Source: Pseudomonas phage phipa4
Direction: 5' to 3' (one strand)
DNA length: 42,943 nt
Sequence record: OK539825.1
Part shown: positions 1 to 7,129 of the stretch, piece by piece
Layout: each line of letters starts with the position of its first letter
Numbering within the stretch: position 1 is the first letter of the stretch
Notes under the pieces: generated by a model
The model's database searches: none
What the model was told of the DNA's origin: nothing
The model's input: the letters and a program-made list of their open reading frames with translations, nothing else
Made by a program: the position numbers and the translations under genes

Positions 1-270
1 ATGAACGTAACCAACCTTAAAACCGCCGTCGAAATCAAAATTGAAATCGAATTGGCCGCTTGGGCCAACGGCGAAAAGAAAGTTAACGTTTCCAACCAAT
101 TCGACGAAAGCGTTTTGGAATCGGCGAAAGAAGCAATTTCCGTTGAAGCAATCGCCGCAATCGTTGCCAAGTATCCGGGCGCGAACTTCGAAGGCTTTTC
201 GGTTATGACTTGGGCGCACGAACTTTCGGCTTTCAAAGCCCCGGAAATCGACCGGGCTTGGTTCGACTAA
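1..270 (+). CDS. hypothetical early protein (89 aa); probably complete if the contig is circular
   Basis: ORF starts with ATG at nt 1. Window end (42870-42943) supplies an early promoter plus leader ending ...GAAGGAACCGAAGCC immediately 5' of this ATG. Followed by a strong terminator. Confidence 0.5.
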   Translation: MNVTNLKTAVEIKIEIELAAWANGEKKVNVSNQFDESVLESAKEAISVEAIAAIVAKYPGANFEGFSVMTWAHELSAFKAPEIDRAWFD

Positions 271-272
271 GC

Positions 273-298
273 AAGCGCCCTTCGGGGCGTTTTTTTTT
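273..298 (+). terminator. rho-independent terminator (UUCG tetraloop)
   Basis: aaGCGCCC-ttcg-GGGCGtt followed by T9. Confidence 0.7.
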
Positions 299-309
299 GT
301 TCGTACCTA

Positions 310-338
310 TTGACGAACCTTCGAAGCTGCCGTATATT
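310..338 (+). promoter_or_regulatory. early promoter, conserved family copy 1
   Basis: TTGACG-17 nt-TATATT. Spacer contains palindrome CTTCGAAG. T-tract/UP-like and GTTCGTACCT upstream. Confidence 0.6.
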
Positions 339-374
339 TGAACCATCGAAGCAAACAACGAAGGACTAACGAAC

Positions 375-581
375 ATGAACGCACTTAACAACATTCAACG
401 GGTCGTAAGCTGGAACAGCAAGAAGAACGACGACGGCACCTTTACCGCTACCGCGTACAGCTTCGACCATAACGCGCCGACCGTCGTACATGCCAGCTAC
501 ACGCGCGCCAGCCGCGCCCAAGCCGTCGCAGACGCCAAGAAGGCCGTTCGTTACCTGAAAGCCCAACAGCGCACCGCGTAA
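375..581 (+). CDS. hypothetical protein (68 aa)
   Basis: ORF with GAAGGA RBS 9 nt upstream. Leader shared with other early genes (AACCATCGAAGCAA...CGAAGG). Confidence 0.55.
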   Translation: MNALNNIQRVVSWNSKKNDDGTFTATAYSFDHNAPTVVHASYTRASRAQAVADAKKAVRYLKAQQRTA

Positions 582-593
582 GGAGTCGCCGCC

Positions 594-743
594 ATGTTTG
601 CCCATTACTTCGCCAGCAAGAAAACGAAGTTCGTTGTAATCAGCGAAACGAACCGCCCGGAAGGCCAGCGAATCGCCGTAAGCGGCAAAGCCGAAGCCCG
701 CAGGGTCGCCAAGGAACGCAACGCGCAGCCTTGGAACTTCTAA
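594..743 (+). CDS. hypothetical protein (49 aa), below ORF-track cutoff
   Basis: ATG at 594 preceded by AAGGAG (8-nt spacing). Phage-like codon usage. Stop TAA at 741-743. Confidence 0.45.
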   Translation: MFAHYFASKKTKFVVISETNRPEGQRIAVSGKAEARRVAKERNAQPWNF

Positions 744-814
744 CCCCGGCCCCGGCCCTTGGCACGCGCTAGGGGCCGTGCAGCCTGCCCACATTAAGCG
801 AAGGACGACCGACC

Positions 815-1021
815 ATGCGTACAACCCTTGCAGCCGTGAATAAAGCCCTTGCCGCCGCTGGAATCGACGCGGAATTGGTCAAGGGTCGCGGGTACTTTTA
901 CTTCGCAGGTTCCGCCGTAGATTGCGCCAAAGAACAAGGCGTTTACGGCGTGTATCGGCTTTCCGAATTGACCGTTTCCCAATGGGTCGAAGAAGCCCGC
1001 CAACGTATCGAAAAGGAGTAA
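815..1021 (+). CDS. hypothetical protein (68 aa)
   Basis: ORF with GAAGGA-like RBS. Confidence 0.5.
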   Translation: MRTTLAAVNKALAAAGIDAELVKGRGYFYFAGSAVDCAKEQGVYGVYRLSELTVSQWVEEARQRIEKE

Positions 1022-1026
1022 GAACA

Positions 1027-1284
1027 ATGACCGCATATTTTATCGCATTTGGCGTCGCGCTTGGGTTGGCCCTTGCGCGCTTGGCCGCTTCCCAATTCGA
1101 AGCCGCTTATTACCTGTTCTGCAACGGCGAATTTCGAAAGGCATTCCGGGCAACAATGCGCGCCCTTACCTGCGTTGCGTTGCTTGCGTTGGTTGTTTCG
1201 CCCGTTGCTTCGTTCTTCGACAGCTTCGAAGTTATAAGCATTGAACAACCTTCGCCCAATCCTTCGAAGGGTCTTCGCGTATAA
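1027..1284 (+). CDS. small membrane protein (85 aa, two hydrophobic segments)
   Basis: ATG 1027 preceded by AAAAGGAG, in frame with track ORF 922..1284. Confidence 0.5.
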   Translation: MTAYFIAFGVALGLALARLAASQFEAAYYLFCNGEFRKAFRATMRALTCVALLALVVSPVASFFDSFEVISIEQPSPNPSKGLRV

Positions 1285-1604
1285 TAGCCGACGGGTCGTA
1301 TAAGGGCGTTATATAAGGCTGAAACCCTTACGTATCAAGGCTTTAGCCGGATTCATAACAAGTATAACGTTTAATGCCCTTGACCCTGAAACCCCGACCC
1401 AATGTTATAAATTAAGCTTTCTTTATATAGATTGATTTTTAGTTATTATACTTATTAAATTTATTATATTTCCTTATTTATTAAGGACTTAGCAGCTATA
1501 CAGCCCCTTCAATTCGTATAACGGGCTTTTTGTGTTATAACGTTGTTGACATACAAACTTTATAAGGCTATGATTCCGGCACGCACTAACGAAAGGGGCT
1601 TGCA
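1285..1604. promoter_or_regulatory. AT-rich intergenic region with about 7 GTATAA(C/G)G-type direct repeats and a 70-bp AT tract. Candidate origin or regulatory region.
   Basis: Repeats cGTATAAggg, TTATATAAGG, aGTATAACG, GTTATAAat, cGTATAACG, GTTATAACG, TTTATAAGG. Direct repeat CTGAAACCC x2. About 25% GC at 1420-1490. Confidence 0.35.
1546..1574 (+). promoter_or_regulatory. sigma70-like promoter
   Basis: TTGACA-17-TATGAT, 30 nt upstream of ORF 1605. Confidence 0.55.
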
Positions 1605-1880
1605 ATGTCTTACGAAATAATCGAATGTTCGCCGAAGGCGCGAAGCAAAATTAAGTCGTTCGAAGATGCGCTAGGCGTTGACGCCGAATTGACGCACCAA
1701 CGTTCGAAGTATCCTTGGCCGCTGTTGAAAATCGGCCAGTCGTTCGCCGTGCCGTTGGCCGAAGGTAACGAAGCATCGTTGCGAAACGGCGCGTCGCAGT
1801 TCAGCAAGAAGACCGGCAAGAAGTTTGCGGTTATTCGGCATTCTGAATACGGCTGTTTCGAATGCGTGCGGATTGCATGA
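1605..1880 (+). CDS. hypothetical protein (91 aa); shares a GQSF(A/F)VP motif with ORF 6443
   Basis: ORF with GAAAGGGG RBS. Confidence 0.6.
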   Translation: MSYEIIECSPKARSKIKSFEDALGVDAELTHQRSKYPWPLLKIGQSFAVPLAEGNEASLRNGASQFSKKTGKKFAVIRHSEYGCFECVRIA

Positions 1881-2056
1881 ACAGCGAAGCGCGGCCCAAT
1901 GTGGGCAAGCCGGTTCGCGTGTTCGCGTCGTCGTACCTTGGCCTTCGGGCGCAGTATCCGAACGCCTTTGCCATCCAACCAACCCGGACAGGCTATCAAG
2001 CCGTCGTAATGATTGAAGAAGGGGCGAACAATGTACGAAATCGAAACCGGCCATAA
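1877..2056 (+). CDS. hypothetical protein (59 aa), uncertain
   Basis: ATG overlaps the upstream stop (ATGA coupling). No clear SD. Overlaps the start of the interrupted ORF. Confidence 0.3.
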   Translation: MNSEARPNVGKPVRVFASSYLGLRAQYPNAFAIQPTRTGYQAVVMIEEGANNVRNRNRP

Positions 2057-2273
2057 AGTGCCGAAGCAACGTCGCAAGGCTGGAAGCGTGCCGAAGGCCG
2101 TTTAACAGGCGTTCAACGACTACGCCGAAGCGTATAAGGCCGTTTACGGCGTTCGCCCGCTGTCGTTCACGTATGACCGCGAAAGCGGCTTTATTCGTGT
2201 CGAAAGTAGCGGCGGCGTAAGCGTCGCAAGGCTGCGCGAAATGACGAAACAGCTTCGTTACCGCAAAGGCTGA
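2031..2273 (+). pseudogene. ORF interrupted by an in-frame TAA (24 codons + TAA at 2103-2105 + 55 open codons)
   Basis: Strong RBS GAAGAAGGGG before ATG 2031. Downstream segment has phage codon usage but no in-frame start. Confidence 0.4.
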
Positions 2274-2293
2274 AAAAAAGTTGTTCGCAGGTA

Positions 2294-2322
2294 TTGACGA
2301 AGCGTCGAAGGCGTCGTACTAT
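2294..2322 (+). promoter_or_regulatory. early promoter, conserved family copy 2
   Basis: TTGACG-17 (AAGCGTCGAAGGCGTCG)-TACTAT. A-tract and GTTGTTCGCAGGTA upstream. Confidence 0.55.
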
Positions 2323-2356
2323 AGACCCATATCAACGAACACAAGGAACCGCCGAA

Positions 2357-2539
2357 ATGAAAATTCTTCTTCAAACAAGCCCGAATGTCGGAACATTCCA
2401 ACACGAATTCGAAAGTATCATGCTTTTAATCGGTTGGCAAAAAGGCGCTTTGGCTATTAGCGAATGCGGTTCGTACTATCTGAACGAAGACGTTTCGCGC
2501 CATTGGCAAGCCTTCCTTTTCAACAAAAACGACGCCTAA
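2357..2539 (+). CDS. hypothetical protein (60 aa)
   Basis: ATG 2357 with AAGGAACC RBS. Leader resembles the one at the window end. Confidence 0.5.
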   Translation: MKILLQTSPNVGTFQHEFESIMLLIGWQKGALAISECGSYYLNEDVSRHWQAFLFNKNDA

Positions 2540-2589
2540 TCAACCAAGCGCGCCGGGCGCAACCCGGCATTTTTGAAGGAGTTATAACA

Positions 2590-2964
2590 ATGTGCATCGT
2601 ATGCGATATTAAACAGGCCGTCGAAGCTTCCGGCCCGAACAAAGAAGACCGCGCCAAAATCCTTGGCTTGGTCGAAAAGCTGGCCGAAGCCTTGGGCGAT
2701 GTTCTGGAAGTCGCGCAGGAAGTACACGAAGCCAACCCCGAATCGTTCCAGCCTGAACACGTCGAACGCTTGCAGAACGCCGCCGACTTGCTGAACGACC
2801 GGGGCGAACTGCCCGACGCCCTGTTGGCCCTGCTGTTGGCCGCCCTTGGGCGCGGCGTCAAGGTCGAAACAATCCGCGTTGAACTGCGCGAAGGCGAAAC
2901 GCCAGAACAGGCCGTAGCGCGTGTAATGGCCGAACGCGAAGGCGGGGCCGCGACGAAACACTAA
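2590..2964 (+). CDS. hypothetical acidic protein (124 aa)
   Basis: ATG 2590 with GAAGGAG RBS. Confidence 0.55.
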   Translation: MCIVCDIKQAVEASGPNKEDRAKILGLVEKLAEALGDVLEVAQEVHEANPESFQPEHVERLQNAADLLNDRGELPDALLALLLAALGRGVKVETIRVELREGETPEQAVARVMAEREGGAATKH

Positions 2965-2970
2965 CCAAAG

Positions 2971-3005
2971 CGCCCCGGCTGTTGTATAGTCGGGGCTTCT
3001 TTCTA
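2971..3005 (+). terminator. putative rho-independent terminator
   Basis: GCCCCG...CGGGGC stem followed by TTCTTTCT. Confidence 0.45.
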
Positions 3006-3024
3006 TCATGGGGAACGAAAGAAC

Positions 3025-3246
3025 ATGGCGGACGAAGTAGACCAAACAGCCGACCGAATAGAAAACGAAGTAAGCTTTACGGTCGGCGAACTTTGCCGAA
3101 AGGCCGCAGCTATACCCGCAGGCCGTCCGGGCGAATGTGATTTTTGCGGCGAACACTTCGCGCGCGTCGTTGAAGTGACCGACCCGCATACGGGCGAAGT
3201 CGTCGAAAGCTGCGGTCGCTGTCGTGACCGAAGGGGCATCGCATGA
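3025..3246 (+). CDS. TraR/DksA-type C4 zinc-finger protein
   Basis: CDFCGEHF...17 aa...CGRCRD (Cx2C-N17-Cx2C). Confidence 0.5.
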   Translation: MADEVDQTADRIENEVSFTVGELCRKAAAIPAGRPGECDFCGEHFARVVEVTDPHTGEVVESCGRCRDRRGIA

Positions 3247-3752
3247 CGCCCGCAACCCTTGCCAAGTCTGGCACCGAACACGCGCACCAAACGGCGCTTT
3301 TTGCCTATGTCGCGGTCGCATACTTGCACGGCTTCGACGTTGCCGACGAATGGTGCAAGACTGGCGTAATCCCGCAAACGACGCCGTACAGCATGTACGA
3401 AACGCCGACCGTGCCCGCGCTTGAATGGTTCCACGCCATACCGAACGGCGGCAGTCGCGGCGACGACGACAAGTCCCGCAAGATACGCGGCGCGCAGTTG
3501 AAGGCCGAAGGCGTGCGGCAGGGCGTAGCCGATACGTTCTTGCCTTGGCCGAATGCCGGATGGCATGGCCTTTATATCGAAATGAAGAAGCCGACCGAAC
3601 GTCCGAAGTCGGAAACCGCAAAGGGCGGCGTATCGGACGAACAACGAAGCTTCGGCGAATACGCAAAGCGCGTCGGCTATGGTTGGGCCGTCTGCTATGG
3701 TTGGGAACACGCCGTAACGACGTTGCGAAGTTATATCGAATGGGGTTCGTAA
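3243..3752 (+). CDS. VRR-NUC domain nuclease
   Basis: FHAIPNGGSRG...GxxxGxxD...IEMKKP motif block typical of VRR-NUC. ATGA overlap with the upstream gene. Confidence 0.6.
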   Translation: MTPATLAKSGTEHAHQTALFAYVAVAYLHGFDVADEWCKTGVIPQTTPYSMYETPTVPALEWFHAIPNGGSRGDDDKSRKIRGAQLKAEGVRQGVADTFLPWPNAGWHGLYIEMKKPTERPKSETAKGGVSDEQRSFGEYAKRVGYGWAVCYGWEHAVTTLRSYIEWGS

Positions 3753-3955
3753 TGGGGCTTTCGTGTCTTGCCTGCGAACTTACCCGCGCCCGGTTGAAAG
3801 CGGCGGCGCTGGCCCTTGTGGGCTGGCCCCTTGACCGCATCGCCGGGCATTTGTCCGTTTGCTATGGCGAACGGTATTACGTCGAAGGCGGCAAGCTGTA
3901 TCGCGCGTCGAAGTTGCCGCCGTATCAACCGTACTTGATAAGGGGCGAAGAATGA
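3740..3955 (+). CDS. hypothetical protein (about 67-71 aa)
   Basis: ATG 3740 or 3752, in frame with track ORF 3425..3955. Confidence 0.4.
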   Translation: MGFVMGLSCLACELTRARLKAAALALVGWPLDRIAGHLSVCYGERYYVEGGKLYRASKLPPYQPYLIRGEE

Positions 3956-4131
3956 AAAAGACCGACGAAGAATTGATAGACGAAGCCCGCAGCATTGCGC
4001 GTTCGAAACGCTGTTTCGTCGTAACGAAGCCGGGTTATTGGCTGCTGTACCGCGAATCGGTGCCGCGTAACGTATGCGTCGGCAAACGGTCTTCGGCTGC
4101 GGCGTTGCTGCAACTTGCGAAAAAGGCTTGA
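3952..4131 (+). CDS. hypothetical protein (59 aa)
   Basis: ATG 3952 with AAGGGG RBS. ATGA overlap with upstream stop. Confidence 0.45.
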   Translation: MKKTDEELIDEARSIARSKRCFVVTKPGYWLLYRESVPRNVCVGKRSSAAALLQLAKKA

Positions 4132-4156
4132 CGTAGCTTCGAAGCTGTCGTACACT
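4128..4156 (+). promoter_or_regulatory. early promoter, conserved family copy 3
   Basis: TTGACG-17 (TAGCTTCGAAGCTGTCG)-TACACT. Spacer holds the perfect 12-bp palindrome AGCTTCGAAGCT. Confidence 0.6.
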
Positions 4157-4191
4157 TCTTCGTAAGTTGAACGAATTAAGGAGTAACGACC

Positions 4192-4497
4192 ATGCCCGCA
4201 TATAACGTAACAACCGAATTCGAAATGACCGACGGTCGCGTTCTGTCGTGCGAATACGGCGTATCGTATACGCCCGCTTACATTAGCGGCCCGCCCGAAG
4301 ACTGTTACCCGGAAGAAAGCGACGCGGGCGAACCGACGTACTTTATCGACGGCGAAGAAGTCGATTATAAAGACCTTCCAAAAGGCTTGGACGCAATCGC
4401 CGACAAGCTTTACGAAGCGGGGCCGGGCGAATATTCGTATTCGCAATCGGACGTTAACAACGAACCGGATTACGAACCGGATTACGATTACTATTAA
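4192..4497 (+). CDS. highly acidic protein (101 aa) with C-terminal EPDY repeats
   Basis: AAGGAG RBS. Confidence 0.6.
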   Translation: MPAYNVTTEFEMTDGRVLSCEYGVSYTPAYISGPPEDCYPEESDAGEPTYFIDGEEVDYKDLPKGLDAIADKLYEAGPGEYSYSQSDVNNEPDYEPDYDYY

Positions 4498-4513
4498 CGA
4501 AGGAGTAACGAAA

Positions 4514-4804
4514 ATGTCTTGGCTTATCGGTTGGGGCGTACTTTCCGTCGGCGTTGTTGTCGGCTTCTTCCTTGCGGCCTTGCTGCGGGCCAATGGGCGC
4601 GACGTGCCGGTTCCTTCGGCTACCGTTACCGCCCTGTCGCCGCAGGAACGCGCCCGCATGGGCTACGCGCTGGCAAGGGCTGGCGACTTGCTGGATAGCG
4701 GCGACCTTGAATACGTGTCGGGCGGCTTTATGGTGCAAGACGTAGGGCACGGCGTCGTAATTATCAAAGGCGATTTGTCGTTGCGGGTTGCCGAAGATGA
4801 ATAA
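4514..4804 (+). CDS. membrane protein (96 aa, N-terminal TM)
   Basis: GAAGGAG RBS. Confidence 0.55.
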   Translation: MSWLIGWGVLSVGVVVGFFLAALLRANGRDVPVPSATVTALSPQERARMGYALARAGDLLDSGDLEYVSGGFMVQDVGHGVVIIKGDLSLRVAEDE

Positions 4805-5030
4805 GGACGAAGCGCGCGAAATGTTCGAAGCCGTCAAGGCCAACCGGGCGAAGATTGACGGTTGCGCCCGCCATCGTTTCGAAGTAGGCGACCCGCCGTA
4901 TACGTTCGGGCAAAAGTTCACTTGTTCGAACTGCGGCGGAACAATGGACGCCGTACAGGCGTTCCGATACTGTCAAGGCTTCAAGGCCGCAGGCGGCAAC
5001 CCGAACGAAGTTATACCGGGTTACGAATAA
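4797..5030 (+). CDS. small zinc-ribbon protein (about 77 aa)
   Basis: C..H...CSNCGG cysteine pattern. Start ambiguous: ATG 4797 (overlaps upstream stop) or ATG 4821. Confidence 0.45.
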   Translation: MNKDEAREMFEAVKANRAKIDGCARHRFEVGDPPYTFGQKFTCSNCGGTMDAVQAFRYCQGFKAAGGNPNEVIPGYE

Positions 5031-5100
5031 CGCTTGACAAGCGGCGAAGGTTCGACGAAACTTAGACGTAACGAAGAAACCCCGTTAAGGAGTTGCCGAA

Positions 5101-5268
5101 ATGACCGTTCTAATTTTGCTTCTTTGCACCATTGCCGCTTTGTTCATTCATCGCATGTTCGTTCGTCCGATTCTGGATTGGTTCGAACAACGCGAATACG
5201 CCGAACGTATGCGCGAAGCTGAACAGCGCGCGGCGCTGGAAAAAGCAAGGCGGGCCAAGTGTCGATAA
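5101..5268 (+). CDS. small hydrophobic protein (55 aa), below ORF-track cutoff
   Basis: ATG 5101 preceded by TTAAGGAG. MTVLILLLCTIAALFI... TM segment. Overlaps the start of the dCMP deaminase gene. Confidence 0.4.
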   Translation: MTVLILLLCTIAALFIHRMFVRPILDWFEQREYAERMREAEQRAALEKARRAKCR

Positions 5269-5726
5269 TCTACGTACCGCGCGAAGCCCTGTCCAAATGG
5301 GACGCGCGATTTATTGAACTTGCCGAACACGTCGCCGGATGGTCGAAAGGGCCGCGTAAGCGCATCGGCGCGGCCATCGTGCGCCCGAATCGGTCTATTG
5401 CGTCGCTTGGGTACAACGGCCCGCCGCGCGACTTCGACGACGCCGTTTTTCTGAACATGACGCGCGACGAACAACACGCGGTCGTAATTCATGCCGAAGA
5501 CAACGCAATTCGACAGGCTGCGCCGGGCGAAGACTTGTCCGCGTGTACGCTGTACGTTTCGCCGCTGTTTCCGTGCGCCATTTGTGCCGACCGCATCGTT
5601 CGGGCCGGTATCCGTCGCGTTGTCGCTTATTGTGGGCATATATCGCCAGACTGGCGCGCGTCTGCCGACGAAGCCGAACGCATCTTTAACCAAGCGGGCG
5701 TCGAATGCCTGTTTACAATGGATTAA
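5259..5726 (+). CDS. dCMP (deoxycytidylate) deaminase
   Basis: HAEDNAI and PCAICA zinc-binding motifs of the cytidine/dCMP deaminase family. GTG start. Confidence 0.75.
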   Translation: MSIIYVPREALSKWDARFIELAEHVAGWSKGPRKRIGAAIVRPNRSIASLGYNGPPRDFDDAVFLNMTRDEQHAVVIHAEDNAIRQAAPGEDLSACTLYVSPLFPCAICADRIVRAGIRRVVAYCGHISPDWRASADEAERIFNQAGVECLFTMD

Positions 5727-5731
5727 CGAAC

Positions 5732-6115
5732 ATGAAACCGCTAGACCATTCGCAAATCGAAGGCTTGTTGTTCTATCAAGACCCAACGACGCAAAACTAT
5801 ATCGGCGCACCGAAGGCCGAACCGTTCAACCAAGCCGGAAGCTTCGTCGCATTCGGGCCGCGTGTTACCGTTGACCCGGCGTTGTATAATTTGCTTGCCG
5901 CAGCGCCGACAATGTACCAAGCCCTTTCGATGCAATACGCTTACCTTCAAGCGCAAATCGAAGTTATCGAACGCTTGCCAAGGGTCGGCGAACTTGATAA
6001 GCTGTTGTCGTCGTTAATCGAAGCGCAGAACGCTTGCCTAATGGCCCAACGTATCGCGCAAGTCGGTTACGAAAATGTCGCAAATTCACTTGACAAAGGT
6101 TCGAAGCGGTCGTAA
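5732..6115 (+). CDS. hypothetical protein (127 aa)
   Basis: ATG 5732 in TAACGAACATGAA context, same as the gene at 375. Confidence 0.5.
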   Translation: MKPLDHSQIEGLLFYQDPTTQNYIGAPKAEPFNQAGSFVAFGPRVTVDPALYNLLAAAPTMYQALSMQYAYLQAQIEVIERLPRVGELDKLLSSLIEAQNACLMAQRIAQVGYENVANSLDKGSKRS

Positions 6116-6118
6116 GCT
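6090..6118 (+). promoter_or_regulatory. promoter, variant of the early family
   Basis: TTGACA-17 (AAGGTTCGAAGCGGTCG)-TAAGCT. Conserved leader AACCATCGAA follows. Confidence 0.45.
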
Positions 6119-6149
6119 TGAACCATCGAAACGAACAAAGGTGCCCACA

Positions 6150-6359
6150 ATGAACCGTAAGCTTCTTGTTATCGCTGGAATCGTCGCCTTCGTCGCGTTG
6201 CTTGGTATGGCCGGGCAAATGGACTTCGAAGACGAAGCCCGCGCGCACCTGTTGTATTGTGACAACGTAGCGAACGGCGTTTGGCCGGATTACGACAAAA
6301 TTTACGATTCTGAATGCACGCCCGAACGCATCGCAGAAATCGAAGAAATTTTGCGTTGA
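6150..6359 (+). CDS. small membrane-anchored protein (69 aa)
   Basis: ATG 6150 with AAAGGTG RBS. N-terminal hydrophobic helix. Two Cys. Confidence 0.5.
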   Translation: MNRKLLVIAGIVAFVALLGMAGQMDFEDEARAHLLYCDNVANGVWPDYDKIYDSECTPERIAEIEEILR

Positions 6360-6363
6360 CCGC

Positions 6364-6391
6364 TTGACACGAAGAACGGTCGGCGTAAAAT
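6364..6391 (+). promoter_or_regulatory. strong sigma70-like promoter
   Basis: TTGACA-16-TAAAAT. Second TTGACC 8 nt upstream. Confidence 0.55.
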
Positions 6392-6442
6392 CAACCCGTC
6401 GCAACAACGCGACATAACCTTAACGTTAAGGAGTTACACAAA

Positions 6443-7015
6443 ATGGCTACCAAGAAATCGACCGCGAAGAAGAACACCGCCGCCCCGGTTATCGGCCTTG
6501 CCGAAATTGTTGCAGCCGGGCCGAATGGCCTGTATACTTCGCCTGCCGTACATGGCCCGCTTATCGAAGCCGGTATGGTGGAAATCAACCCGGCAGTAAC
6601 CAACGAAGCGGGCGAAATCGCAACCCGCGCAACCCAAAAAGGAATCGACGAAATGAATCAGAACAACGAAACCGGCACCGCCGCAGCTTCCGCCCCGGTC
6701 GCTACTTCCTTCGCCATCGAAGACAACGTACCGATGCCGACCGGCAGCGGTCGCGGTCGCGGCGGCAACGTTTACCCGTTCGACGCGCTGGAAGTCGGCC
6801 AAAGCTTCTTCGTTCCGAACAGCGAAGACAAGCCGAACGCCGCGAAGTCGCTTGCTTCGACCGTTTCCAGCGCAACCGCCCGTTTCGCCGTGCCTTCCGA
6901 AGACGGCGCGACCAAGACCAACAAGAAGGGCGAAACCGTGCCCGTCATGGTCGAAACCCGCAAGTTCGTTGTTCGTTCGGTCGAAGGCGGCGCGCGCGTC
7001 TGGCGCACCAAGTAA
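6443..7015 (+). CDS. hypothetical protein (190 aa), monocistronic and probably abundant. Lys-rich N-terminus. Shares the GQSFxVP motif with ORF 1605.
   Basis: TTAAGGAG RBS. Own promoter and a strong downstream terminator. Confidence 0.65.
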   Translation: MATKKSTAKKNTAAPVIGLAEIVAAGPNGLYTSPAVHGPLIEAGMVEINPAVTNEAGEIATRATQKGIDEMNQNNETGTAAASAPVATSFAIEDNVPMPTGSGRGRGGNVYPFDALEVGQSFFVPNSEDKPNAAKSLASTVSSATARFAVPSEDGATKTNKKGETVPVMVETRKFVVRSVEGGARVWRTK

Positions 7016-7063
7016 GCAACGGCGCGGGCTACGGCCCGCCCTACGCCTACGCTTCAACGGAAA

Positions 7064-7093
7064 CCCCGGCCATTGCGCCGGGGTTTTCTTTTG
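7064..7093 (+). terminator. rho-independent terminator
   Basis: CCCCGGC-cattgc-GCCGGGG followed by TTTTCTTTT. Confidence 0.75.
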
Positions 7094-7099
7094 CCTTTC

Positions 7100-7129
7100 T
7101 TGTCAATTTGTGCTAATCCGTGCTAATCT
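7100..7129 (+). promoter_or_regulatory. candidate late/lysis promoter with direct repeat GTGCTAATC x2
   Basis: TTGTCA-18-TAATCT. Tandem 9-mer repeats at 7110-7118 and 7120-7128. Sits at the switch from early genes to lysis and structural genes. Confidence 0.3.

Noticed and set aside
749-782. GC-rich hairpin CGGCCC...GGGCCG after ORF 594-743
   Set aside because: No downstream T-run, so it is unlikely to be an intrinsic terminator. It may be only an mRNA structure.
1862-2056. Track ORF starting at ATG 1862 inside the upstream gene
   Set aside because: The start is embedded in ORF 1605-1880 without an RBS. The coupled ATG at 1877 is more plausible, and even that ORF is kept at low confidence because it overlaps the better-supported start at 2031.
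2536-3840. 434-aa minus-strand ORF, plus many other long antisense ORFs (366..824, 3925..4659, 9574..10428, 13429..14196, 14232..15179, 17233..19086, 21696..22886, 22920..23534, 32928..34343 on the + strand)
   Set aside because: They lie antisense to well-supported genes in GC-rich DNA. They have Arg/Ser/Ala-rich low-complexity translations and no RBS, and they break operon polarity. They are typical shadow ORFs.
5034-5062. TTGACA at 5034 with a possible -10 GAAACT
   Set aside because: The -10 match is poor and the element is not conserved like the other early promoters. Left as an unsupported weak promoter.
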